Below, piece by piece: positions 1 through 9,234 of a DNA stretch of 64,000 bases. This DNA comes from Campylobacteraceae bacterium. GTDB taxonomy: Bacteria; Campylobacterota; Campylobacteria; Campylobacterales; BB28. The notes under the pieces were generated by a model, which did not search any database, was not told the origin of the DNA, and worked only from the letters and a program-made list of their open reading frames with translations. The stretch's first letter is position 1, and each line of letters begins with the position of its first letter. The translations under genes and the position numbers were made by a program. The DNA lies in the NCBI GenBank assembly GCA_016744535.1, contig JADGEE010000006.1:78-64077 (forward strand), written 5' to 3'.

Positions 1-62
1 GAAATAAATATTAATAATGTAATGTGGGATAATTGGTTTCAAACAATTACAAAATAACCAGT

Positions 63-1280
63 TTATATATACCATATCATTATTGTTTGAGTATAATATT
101 TAAATATTTCTAAATAATACTCTTTGTAATTATCATATTTTTTTATTTCTCTGCCCATAACCATAAAAATTTTATTTAAAGCATTTGTAGGAACTTCACA
201 TATTAATCTTCTAAACACAAAAATTACAATAATATTTAATATATCCACCACATCATCTTTTGAAATAATTTTCTCTTTTTCATCTTCAAATATCTCCATA
301 ATAAATGGATATGTTACAATACTTTCTAATCTATTTATTTTATGTAAAACATTACTTATATTATTATCGTTTTTTTTAGCATTTATAATTTTTTTATAAT
401 ATGTAGAAAATTTTAATAAATCAATTAATAAATCTTCAATATTATTAATATTTTCCGTTATATATTTTTTAAAATGAAAATATACTTTATTTTTATTTGG
501 TATTATTCTCTCTTTTATTGTTAAATAATCTCTAATAAAATCACTTACATTATAATTTGTATTTTCTTCTATTTTATTCCAATATTTATTATAAAATTTT
601 TCTTGTATTGAAGAATTTTCTTTCATTAAAATAAAATTTCTAACTTTATCTGCTTCTGCTAAATCTAAACCTGTTGAATTTAAACTTTCAAAAATAAGTT
701 GAGGGTCATCTTCTCCATTTTTTAATTCAATATCAACTATTACGAGTTGTTTTATAGCTGAAAATAGTTTATCAATAGAAATCTCTTCTTTTAAAACTCT
801 TTCATAAAAATATTTGAAATTAATTGTAATATTACTATCTTCTATATAATCATCTTCATTCTCAAAAAGTGCAGAAAAAGCATTTTTATCATTTTTTACT
901 GGTTTTAATCTAATTTTTTTGTCATCTTCTTCATATTTATTAATTAAGTATTCATCTTTTATTTTTTCTTTATTAACATTTGTTTGTAATAAATTATTAT
1001 CAATAATTTTATATATTACTAATAATAGTAGTGATAGTGTTGTTAATCTTTGTTGTCCATCAATAATTAAATATTCTAAATCATCTCCATCATCATTATA
1101 AATTGATACAATAGAACCAAAAAAATGAGTTCTATTAATTTTTGAAATATCAATTAAATCATCAAATAGTTGTTTGCAATGCTCTTTTTTCCAATCATAA
1201 TTTCTTTGATAAACTGGTATGATAAAGTGTTTATCTGAACCTTCTAAAAATCTTGTAAATTTTTTTTCATTTGCTTTCAT
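63..1280 (-). CDS. DUF262 (GmrSD/ParB-like N-terminal) domain protein
   Basis: 405-aa ORF. N-terminal IIPVYQRNYDW and IIDGQQRLTT motifs are typical of DUF262. No DUF1524/His-Me nuclease motif inside the ORF. Confidence 0.75.
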   Translation of the reverse strand: MKANEKKFTRFLEGSDKHFIIPVYQRNYDWKKEHCKQLFDDLIDISKINRTHFFGSIVSIYNDDGDDLEYLIIDGQQRLTTLSLLLLVIYKIIDNNLLQTNVNKEKIKDEYLINKYEEDDKKIRLKPVKNDKNAFSALFENEDDYIEDSNITINFKYFYERVLKEEISIDKLFSAIKQLVIVDIELKNGEDDPQLIFESLNSTGLDLAEADKVRNFILMKENSSIQEKFYNKYWNKIEENTNYNVSDFIRDYLTIKERIIPNKNKVYFHFKKYITENINNIEDLLIDLLKFSTYYKKIINAKKNDNNISNVLHKINRLESIVTYPFIMEIFEDEKEKIISKDDVVDILNIIVIFVFRRLICEVPTNALNKIFMVMGREIKKYDNYKEYYLEIFKYYTQTIMIWYI

Positions 1281-1298
1281 TATAAATTTACCTTTAAT

Positions 1299-2369
1299 TT
1301 AAATAATCAACATCGCATCGCCATAGGAGTAAAATCTATATTTTCGTTTTATCGCTTCTTCATATAATCTTAGTGTTTTATCAAGTCCCACAAATGAAGC
1401 TACTAACATTATTAAAGTAGATTTAGGTAAATGAAAATTAGTAAGTAGATGATTTACTCTAATTGGTGTATTATTTGGGTGTAAAAATAGATTACACTCT
1501 CCACTTAAAATTTTCTCTCTTGCAAAAAATTCAATAGTTCTTGTAACTGTTGTTCCAACTGCTAAAATATTTTTTTTAGATTCTATAACTTCTTTTGTAT
1601 CTTTTAAAATTTCAAAAACTTCAGAGTGCATTTGATGTTTAATTATCTCTTGTACATCAACTGGTTTAAAAGTACCCGCACCAACGTGTAAAGTTATATA
1701 TTTAGTATCAAATTTTTCTTCTATTTTTTTAAACAGTTCATCTGTAAAATGAAGTGAGGCTGTTGGTGCTGCGACTGCCCCAAAATTTTTAGCAAAAATT
1801 GGCTGATATAAACTCTCATCATTTTTATCATCATCTCTATCAATATATGGCGGAAGTGGAATATGTCCAATTTTATTTAAAATTTTATTTAACTCTATAA
1901 AATTTAACTCTTTATTATCTCTAATTTCTCTAAAAAATTTTACAACTCTACTTCCATCTTCAATTAATTCAATTACTTTTGCACTTAAATTTTCAAAAGT
2001 TAAGATAGTTCCAACTTTAACTTTTCCTCTAATAAAAGCATTAAATTTATTATTTTCAAGTGGACGATTGAGTAGTAATTCAATTTTGCCACCACTCTCC
2101 TTAACTCCAAAAATTCTAGCTTTTATAACTTTTGTATTATTAAGTATTAGCGTTGTATCTTTTGGAATAAAATTAATTATATCCCTAAAAATAGTGTGTG
2201 TTATTTTATCATTTTTTCTATCATAAACTAAAAGTTTTGCACTATCTTTTGGGTTAGATGGGTATTTTGCAATTAACTCTTTAGGGAGAGAGTAGTCATA
2301 ACTTTGTGTTATAAATTCTCTATTTAATATTTTCTGCATCTGTTTCTTCAGTCTCTTTCTCTTCGTCAT
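1299..2369 (-). CDS. queA: S-adenosylmethionine:tRNA ribosyltransferase-isomerase
   Basis: 356 aa. YDYSLPKELIAKYP start region, GTTVTRTIE, and C-terminal YRFYSYGDAMLI are typical of QueA. The true start is probably the internal Met near 2339, because the ORF-track start overlaps tatC by 50 nt. Confidence 0.9.
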   Translation of the reverse strand: MTKRKRLKKQMQKILNREFITQSYDYSLPKELIAKYPSNPKDSAKLLVYDRKNDKITHTIFRDIINFIPKDTTLILNNTKVIKARIFGVKESGGKIELLLNRPLENNKFNAFIRGKVKVGTILTFENLSAKVIELIEDGSRVVKFFREIRDNKELNFIELNKILNKIGHIPLPPYIDRDDDKNDESLYQPIFAKNFGAVAAPTASLHFTDELFKKIEEKFDTKYITLHVGAGTFKPVDVQEIIKHQMHSEVFEILKDTKEVIESKKNILAVGTTVTRTIEFFAREKILSGECNLFLHPNNTPIRVNHLLTNFHLPKSTLIMLVASFVGLDKTLRLYEEAIKRKYRFYSYGDAMLII

Positions 2370-3081
2370 CTTCAGGTGCTGGATTTACAACTTTTGCTAT
2401 CAATATCGAAGCACTATATAGAATAATTAATGGACCTGCCATTAAAAATTGAGTAATAACATCAGGTGGAGTTAAAAGTGCAGATACAACAAAACTTAAA
2501 ATTACTGCATAAGGAAAAAACCCTGATAGTGTCTTATTATCTACAAGACCTAATTTTGCTAAAAATAGAGTAAATACAGGAAGCTCAAATGCTATTCCAA
2601 AACCTATCATTAGTTTGGTGAAAAATCCTACATAATCTCCGATACTAGGCAATGCTGTAAATAAAGCACTACCAAAGTTAATTAAATATGTAAAACCAAA
2701 TGGAAATACCACATAATATGCAAACAAAGAACCACTTACAAACATAACTGTTGCAAATGTTACAAATGGAATAACTAAAACTTTTTCATTATCATAAAGC
2801 CCTGGGGCTACAAAAAGCCAAAATTGCCAAAATAGCACAGGTAATCCGAATATAAAAGCACTGAAAAATGATACTTTTAAAGCAGTAAAAAATGCTTCTC
2901 CAACTTGCGTAAAAATTATTGGACTATTCTCTGGTAGTGCTTCTTTTAATGGAATAATCATCCAATTTAAAATTATTTCCCAAAATCCAAAAGAGATAAA
3001 AAATAGAACTATAAGAGCCCCTGCTGAAATCATTAATCTTTTTCTAAGTTCAGCTAAATGTGGCTTTAAATCTTCAAACAT
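2320..3081 (-). CDS. tatC: twin-arginine translocase subunit TatC
   Basis: 253 aa, polytopic membrane protein with an HLAELRKRL N-terminus and multiple hydrophobic helices typical of TatC. Confidence 0.9.
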   Translation of the reverse strand: MFEDLKPHLAELRKRLMISAGALIVLFFISFGFWEIILNWMIIPLKEALPENSPIIFTQVGEAFFTALKVSFFSAFIFGLPVLFWQFWLFVAPGLYDNEKVLVIPFVTFATVMFVSGSLFAYYVVFPFGFTYLINFGSALFTALPSIGDYVGFFTKLMIGFGIAFELPVFTLFLAKLGLVDNKTLSGFFPYAVILSFVVSALLTPPDVITQFLMAGPLIILYSASILIAKVVNPAPEDDEEKETEETDAENIK

Positions 3082-3115
3082 TATGTAAATTCCTTACTAT
3101 TTATTTCAAATTCGT

Positions 3116-3174
3116 AATAATAGACTAAAAGAGTTAAAAAATTGATAATTTTTTAACTCTTTTAGTCTATTATT
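3116..3174 (-). terminator. perfect 28-bp inverted repeat (putative terminator / structured element)
   Basis: aataatagactaaaagagttaaaaaatt - gat - aattttttaactcttttagtctattatt. The right arm overlaps the stop codon of the 3173..4660 ORF. No obvious U-tract. Confidence 0.5.
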
Positions 3175-4660
3175 AGTTTAATCCTATAGTAAAAATAGCA
3201 CCATCATTAGAATTTTCAACTTTTAACACATATCCCATATTTTCTATAATAGTTTTGGAGATATAAAGTCCTATTCCTGTTCCTCCTTTGTCAATTTTTG
3301 TACTAAAGTATGGCTCAAAAATTTTATCTATTAAGTGTTTAGGAATTCCACCTGCATTATCTCTTATCTCTACAATTTTTTTATCATCATCTACATTAAT
3401 TTCAATTTTAGGAGTAAAATTTTTATCTTCTTTCTGTTTTAAAACTAAAGCATCTTTTGCATTATTTAATATATTTAAAATAACTTGTTGAAACTCATTT
3501 TTAATTTTATTTATTTTAAAGCTTTCACCCTCAATTAATATATTAATATTTAATTTTTTAAGTTGTGAAAAAATTAATTTTTTTGTATCTTCAATAGATT
3601 TTTTTACATCAAAATTTTGATTTATTTTATTTGGTTTAAAGAAATTTCTAAAATCATCTATTGTCTGTGACATAAATTTAATTTGAGTTTGAGTACTTTT
3701 AATACAATCTTTTATATTTTTTATGTTTAAATCATTTAACTCTATATCCATCTCTAAATTTATATTATAACCTGAAATTATATTGAGTGGTTGTTTCCAT
3801 TGATGTGCAATAGAATCTATCATTTCACCCATTTCAGCTTGACGAGATTGAATTTCAAGCATTTTTTCTTGCATTAAAGATTTCTCTTTAAATTTATCTT
3901 TCTCTTTTTGAAGTTTAGTAATATTATTTAATGTAAATAGATAAGTATTAATATTAGAAAAACAATTACATACTAATTTATAACTTTCTCTATCTGAATT
4001 TAAGTTATTTAAGTAGAATATTTTTTGATTTTTACTACTTGTAATATAATCAATCCACTCACTTTCACTAAGTTTATTATCTATAATAGAGTTAGATATG
4101 AAAGCATTTGAATCTTTAAACTCTTTTAAACTATCAAATCCTAAATAGAATAGAAAAGTTTTATTTATATAATTAATTTTTTTATCTTTAATTGTAAACA
4201 TAAAATTTGGATTTGAATCTAACATAAATTCAATAAGTTTATATTGTTCCTCTAACTCTTTCTTTTTAAATAGAATATCACAACTCTCATAAATAGCCTC
4301 CTCTAAAAATAAAATATCTACTGGTTTAGTTATATATTTATCTATTTTTATATCAATAGATTTCATAAAATACTCACTATCATTAAAAGCAGTTGTTATA
4401 ATAATTGGAGTTTCAGGACTTATTTTTTTTATCTCTTTTGACATTTCAAGACCATTTAACTTTGGCATTTTAATATCAGTAACTACAATATCAATATTCT
4501 CTGCATTATTTTTAAATATCTCTAATCCCTCTTCACCATCTTTTGCAACATAAAATGTTAAAAAATACTCTTCTAAAAATTCAACTAATGAATCTCTAAT
4601 AACTTCATTATCTTCAACATAAAGTAGTGAAACTTTTTTTAATAATTCATAATTAATCAT
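3173..4660 (-). CDS. hybrid response-regulator receiver / PAS-like / histidine kinase
   Basis: 495 aa. N-terminal REC (LYVEDNE, VVTDIKMP, ITTAF, KYITKP), H-box IAHQWKQPLN, C-terminal HATPase (RDNAGGI, GTGIGLY). Confidence 0.85.
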   Translation of the reverse strand: MINYELLKKVSLLYVEDNEVIRDSLVEFLEEYFLTFYVAKDGEEGLEIFKNNAENIDIVVTDIKMPKLNGLEMSKEIKKISPETPIIITTAFNDSEYFMKSIDIKIDKYITKPVDILFLEEAIYESCDILFKKKELEEQYKLIEFMLDSNPNFMFTIKDKKINYINKTFLFYLGFDSLKEFKDSNAFISNSIIDNKLSESEWIDYITSSKNQKIFYLNNLNSDRESYKLVCNCFSNINTYLFTLNNITKLQKEKDKFKEKSLMQEKMLEIQSRQAEMGEMIDSIAHQWKQPLNIISGYNINLEMDIELNDLNIKNIKDCIKSTQTQIKFMSQTIDDFRNFFKPNKINQNFDVKKSIEDTKKLIFSQLKKLNINILIEGESFKINKIKNEFQQVILNILNNAKDALVLKQKEDKNFTPKIEINVDDDKKIVEIRDNAGGIPKHLIDKIFEPYFSTKIDKGGTGIGLYISKTIIENMGYVLKVENSNDGAIFTIGLN

Positions 4661-5163
4661 TTTTTATTACTAGCCTCAAGTTTATTAGTTAAATCAAGTG
4701 CAATATTTTTATATAAAAATGCAAAAGGAAATGAAAAAATATCAGTACATTTATTTTCATCAATTTGAAAAGATATTACAAATGTTCCATCTTTATGGGA
4801 TAAAATAGAGGCACTTCTTGGCTTTTTAGTTAAAAATGCCATTTCTCCAAACATATTACCACCTTGAATTTTTGCTACTATCTTATTTTTAGCAACTACA
4901 ACAACAGCTAAACCAGAGAGTAGAAAATAGATCTCTTCTCCATAATCACCCTCTTTCATAATAATATCACCTCGTTTACACATCTTAAAATTAACATTTT
5001 TAGTCATTCTAATTACAGCATCATTATCTACCCCGTTAAATAGATAAATTTTATCTTTAATCTCTAAGAGTTTCTCTTGAGATTTTGTAATAGTCTCCGT
5101 GTGTGCAGCACTTATTATTTTATCTATTTCAGCTTTTGTATAATTTGTATTTCTAACGGCCAT
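4657..5163 (-). CDS. stand-alone cyclic-nucleotide-binding (CNB/CAP-type) domain protein
   Basis: 168 aa. Phosphate-binding cassette FGEMAFLTKKPRSASI. No HTH or other output domain. The 4-nt overlap with the downstream kinase gene suggests translational coupling. Confidence 0.8.
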   Translation of the reverse strand: MAVRNTNYTKAEIDKIISAAHTETITKSQEKLLEIKDKIYLFNGVDNDAVIRMTKNVNFKMCKRGDIIMKEGDYGEEIYFLLSGLAVVVVAKNKIVAKIQGGNMFGEMAFLTKKPRSASILSHKDGTFVISFQIDENKCTDIFSFPFAFLYKNIALDLTNKLEASNKK

Positions 5164-5166
5164 TTT

Positions 5167-5940
5167 TCAATCCATTATCTTTACAACTTTTGCCAAATAC
5201 TCGTGCCATTCTACATCCTTTGAGTGTGCTATATCAATTGTTTTTAAATATTTAATAATAAATATTTTAGTAGACATTTCGTCATTATTACTATTGCTCA
5301 TTTTAGATTTTTTAAAAAATTCAATTATTGCTTGACTCTTTTTTGCTTCAGCCCATAAAAGTTTATCAAAATAGTAAGTTTTTGTATTAATTATTTTTCT
5401 TAATTCTTCAGAATAATAACTACTGTTTTTTGTAAAATTTCTTAAAAACTCTGTCTTAATGTACTCTTGTAATTCTTCTAACTCTCCTGCTCTTGGAGCT
5501 CTTGGCTTTGAATTATTTTTGTTTTCTTCTTTAGTTAATTCAAAAAAAATACCCTCTATACTTCCAGTGGATTTCATAAATTTATGTTTATAAACCCCCT
5601 CCTCATCTTTAGTTTTAATAAGAAATTTTTTATAAAGTTCATTTAAATAAATTATATCTTTATAAAATTTAATAATTAAACTATCAATAATATGAGGATC
5701 AGTTGATTTAATAGTATTTAAAGCAGAAGCTACAAATCGATTTAACTTCATAAAATTTATTTCTGTTTGATATTTAAAGTTATTGTTTTCTAAAAAATTT
5801 ACATTAAACCTTACCACTTCATACTCATCACTAAAATAATCATCTATAAAATTATCAATCATAGATTCAATTAAAGATTTATAGTAAGTCTCTTCGCCAC
5901 CTTCAGATTCATAAACAGTACTCTCTTCATTATCAGACAT
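5167..5940 (-). CDS. hypothetical protein (acidic N-terminus), first gene of the CNB-kinase operon
   Basis: 257-aa ORF, 3 nt upstream of the CNB gene on the same strand. No motif recognised. Confidence 0.6.
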   Translation of the reverse strand: MSDNEESTVYESEGGEETYYKSLIESMIDNFIDDYFSDEYEVVRFNVNFLENNNFKYQTEINFMKLNRFVASALNTIKSTDPHIIDSLIIKFYKDIIYLNELYKKFLIKTKDEEGVYKHKFMKSTGSIEGIFFELTKEENKNNSKPRAPRAGELEELQEYIKTEFLRNFTKNSSYYSEELRKIINTKTYYFDKLLWAEAKKSQAIIEFFKKSKMSNSNNDEMSTKIFIIKYLKTIDIAHSKDVEWHEYLAKVVKIMD

Positions 5941-5985
5941 TCTACCCCCAATTAATGTAAATAAATATTATAAATTTAACTAATT

Positions 5986-8166
5986 ATGAACTATTATATT
6001 ATAAAATTAATAATGAAAAAATTATTTATAACACTATTGACTTCTTTTACAATTATATGTGGTGTAGTTATCCTATATCTATTTTATCCATCAAATTTTT
6101 TTACATTTGATAATAAAATAAGAGATATGTACTTTTTAGCTAGAGGTGAAGTTTTAGCAAGTGATGATATTGTGATAGTCGATATTGATGAGAGAAGTTT
6201 AAATGAGCTAGGACAGTGGCCTTGGCAGAGATTTAAAGTGGCAAAAATATTAGAAAATTTAACATTAGCAGGAGTTGGAATAATTGGTTTCGATATAGTT
6301 TTTGCTGAATCTGATAATAGTTCACCTAGAAATATAGCATCGTTAATTGGGATTAATAGAGATGATTTAATCGATTATGATGAAATTTTAGGTGAAATGA
6401 TTGCAAATACTCCAACAATTTTAGGTTTTGTATTTGAAGTTGAACAGAAAAATTTAGATGAAGAGAAATTAGAAGATATTTTTATTAATCTTCCTGCAAT
6501 TTTTATTGAAAAAAATTTAAAAGAGAATTTTTTAATAACTCCTAAAAGAGCAATTTTAAATATAGATATACTTCAAGATAACTCCTACTCTTCTGGTTTC
6601 TTTAATGCCCTACCTGATAGTGACGGAGTTGTTAGAAGTGTCCCTCTACTTATGAAATATAAAAATGAAATTTATCCATCACTCTCATTTGAAATGCTAA
6701 GAGTTGCATTAGATTCTCAAAAAGTTATTTTAAATTATGGTGCAGTTGGAATTGAGAGTGCCGAAGTTGGGGATTTAAATATTCCACTTGATAGATTTGG
6801 AAGACTTTTTATAAATTATAGAGGAGGAAAAAAGAGTTTTAAATATATTTCAGCTAAGGATATTTACAATAATAACTTTAATAAAAAAGATATTGAAGGT
6901 AAATTTGTTTTAATTGGAACTTCCGCACAAGGACTTTTGGATTTAAGAACAACTCCTTATGATAGTAGATTTCCAGGAGTTGAAATTCACGCAAATATAA
7001 TTGATAATATATTAAATCAAAACTTTATTTATCAACCATCTTGGGTAGAGGCGATAGATTTAATTAATATTATAGCACTCTCATTAATAGTAGCAATTAT
7101 ACTCTCTTTTGCAAATCCAATTTTTATGCTTTTAATCTCTATTTTAACAATATTTGGACTATTTTATTCAACTTATTATATTTTATTTGAGTATGGAATT
7201 ATTTTAAATGTTATTTTTCCGTTAATTAGTCTGACATTAATAATATTTACTACTAATATTATTAGTTTCTTTTTAGAATCTAAGCAAAAAGAGTTAATAA
7301 AATCTAAATTTGCTAAAAAAGTCTCTCCTGCTGTTGTTGAAGATTTATTAAAGCATAGTGATGATTCAATTTTAGAAGGAAGAGAGAAAGAGGTCACAAT
7401 ATTTTTTAGTGATATTAGAGGTTTTACATCAATTTCAGAAAAGATGGGATCACCAAAAGCTTTAATTAAAGTTTTAAATCAATATATGAATCCAATGGTT
7501 GATATTATAGTCCATTGTGGTGGCACAGTTGATAAATTTATAGGTGATGCAATAATGGCATATTGGAATGCTCCACTTAATATACAAAACCATCAAGATA
7601 GAGCATTAAATGCTTCAATTTTACAAATAAAAGCATTAAAAAAATTAAATAAAATCCTAAAGCGTGAAAATAAACCAGAGATTAATATTGGAATTGGTTT
7701 AAATACTGGTATTGCCACAGTTGGAGAGATGGGATCAAGTGGTAGAAGTGATTATACATTAATTGGAGATTCTGTAAATTTAGGTTCAAGATTGGAGGGA
7801 CTTAATAAGCCCTATGGAACTCAACTCTTAATTTCTGAATCTACAAAAGTAGGACTTAAAGAGAAGTATATTATAAGAGATTTAGATTTAGTGAGAGTAA
7901 AAGGTAAATTAGAACCAGTTAAAATTTTTGAAGTTATAGATTTTGGAGAAGCTAAAGATGAATTAAAAGATGAATTAAATTTATACCATCAAGCTTTAAA
8001 GTTATATAGAGATGCAAATTTTAAAAAAGCTTTAGACATATTTGAGGCTTTATTTTTGAAAAAAGTAAATAATAAAATATATCAATTATATACAGATAGA
8101 TGCAAACATTTTATTGAAAATCCACCAGAAAAATTTGATGGAGTATTTACATTTAAAACCAAATAG
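5986..8166 (+). CDS. CHASE2 sensor-domain class III adenylate/guanylate cyclase
   Basis: 726 aa. N-terminal TM, periplasmic CHASE2-like region (DIDERSL, GQWPWQR), 3-4 TM helices, and a cyclase domain with FFSDIRGFT, KFIGDAIMAYW, DYTLIGDSVNLGSRLEG. Alternative start at ATG 6013. Confidence 0.85.
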   Translation: MNYYIIKLIMKKLFITLLTSFTIICGVVILYLFYPSNFFTFDNKIRDMYFLARGEVLASDDIVIVDIDERSLNELGQWPWQRFKVAKILENLTLAGVGIIGFDIVFAESDNSSPRNIASLIGINRDDLIDYDEILGEMIANTPTILGFVFEVEQKNLDEEKLEDIFINLPAIFIEKNLKENFLITPKRAILNIDILQDNSYSSGFFNALPDSDGVVRSVPLLMKYKNEIYPSLSFEMLRVALDSQKVILNYGAVGIESAEVGDLNIPLDRFGRLFINYRGGKKSFKYISAKDIYNNNFNKKDIEGKFVLIGTSAQGLLDLRTTPYDSRFPGVEIHANIIDNILNQNFIYQPSWVEAIDLINIIALSLIVAIILSFANPIFMLLISILTIFGLFYSTYYILFEYGIILNVIFPLISLTLIIFTTNIISFFLESKQKELIKSKFAKKVSPAVVEDLLKHSDDSILEGREKEVTIFFSDIRGFTSISEKMGSPKALIKVLNQYMNPMVDIIVHCGGTVDKFIGDAIMAYWNAPLNIQNHQDRALNASILQIKALKKLNKILKRENKPEINIGIGLNTGIATVGEMGSSGRSDYTLIGDSVNLGSRLEGLNKPYGTQLLISESTKVGLKEKYIIRDLDLVRVKGKLEPVKIFEVIDFGEAKDELKDELNLYHQALKLYRDANFKKALDIFEALFLKKVNNKIYQLYTDRCKHFIENPPEKFDGVFTFKTK

Positions 8167-8262
8167 TATTAGAATTAAAACAAATTATGAACAAGAGATA
8201 AAATAAAAAATTTATATGACGATTTTCTCATAGAGTATTGAATTATTTAAAGAGGTATAGAT

Positions 8263-8703
8263 ATGTTGGATATATCAATTTTATTAGTTGAAGATGAAGA
8301 AATTATTAGAATTTATTTACAAAGAATTTTAAAAAATTTAGCAAGAGAAGTTTTTATAGCATCAAATGGAAAAGATGGATTAAAAATATATCAAAAAAAT
8401 AGTATCGATATAATTATAAGTGATTTAAATATGCCTATTATGGATGGTATTAAAATGTCTAAAGAGATAAGAAAAGTAGATAAAGATATTCCCATAATTA
8501 TTTTAACAGCACACCACGAAGAGGATATGATTATAAAAGCTATAAATGATGGAGGAATTAATAAATATCTATTTAAACCACTTGATACAGATAGTTTAAA
8601 AAATATTATAAAAGAGTTAGAAAAGAATATTAAAAGAGTTTTAAAACCTTCAGATATACTCTCTAGTGCTGAAAAAGAGAGTCTATTAGAGGGATTTAAT
8701 TAA
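8263..8703 (+). CDS. single-domain response regulator (receiver only)
   Basis: 146 aa. LLVEDEE, IISDLNMP, ILTAH, KYLFKP. Confidence 0.85.
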   Translation: MLDISILLVEDEEIIRIYLQRILKNLAREVFIASNGKDGLKIYQKNSIDIIISDLNMPIMDGIKMSKEIRKVDKDIPIIILTAHHEEDMIIKAINDGGINKYLFKPLDTDSLKNIIKELEKNIKRVLKPSDILSSAEKESLLEGFN

Positions 8704-8724
8704 AATAAATAATAGAGGTATAAT

Positions 8725-9234
8725 ATGAATTTAAAAGAAGCAATAGTTAATAGAAGAAGTATTAGGAAATTTCAAAATAGAGAAATTGATGATAAAATTA
8801 TAAGAGAAATTATAGAGTATGCAATGTATGCACCCTCTGCTAAAGATGAACAACCGTGGCACTTTATAATTATAAAAAAAAGGGAGACATTAAATTTAAT
8901 AGAAAAAAAACACCCTTATGCAAAAATGTTAAAGTCAGCTCCTTTAGCAATTGCTGTTTGTGGAGAGTTAAAAAGTGAAAATCAACAGAGATATTGGATG
9001 TTAGATTGTAGTTTAGCTATACAAAATTTAATGCTAGGTAGTTATGAAAAAGGTTTAGGTTCTGTTTGGGTTAGTATTTATCCAAGAGAGGAAAGAGTAA
9101 AATTATTAAAAGATATTTTATCACTTCCTGATGATATTATACCTCTTGCTTTAATTCCAATTGGTTACCCTAATGAAATTAAAAAAATCCCACAAAGATT
9201 TAAAGAGGAGAAGATTCATTTAGAGAAATTTTAA
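8725..9234 (+). CDS. nitroreductase family protein
   Basis: 169 aa. RRSIRKF, APSAKDEQPW, and length and pattern typical of the NADH/FMN nitroreductase fold. Confidence 0.8.
   Translation: MNLKEAIVNRRSIRKFQNREIDDKIIREIIEYAMYAPSAKDEQPWHFIIIKKRETLNLIEKKHPYAKMLKSAPLAIAVCGELKSENQQRYWMLDCSLAIQNLMLGSYEKGLGSVWVSIYPREERVKLLKDILSLPDDIIPLALIPIGYPNEIKKIPQRFKEEKIHLEKF

Noticed and set aside
2320-2369. 50-nt overlap of the queA start with the tatC end, as a possible recoding site.
   Set aside because: It is most simply explained by an over-extended queA start in the ORF track. An internal Met at about 2339 precedes the conserved N-terminus.
9200-9234. 35-nt convergent overlap of the nitroreductase and ribF 3' ends.
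   Set aside because: Both ORFs look intact and such overlaps occur in compact genomes. There is no evidence of a regulatory function.
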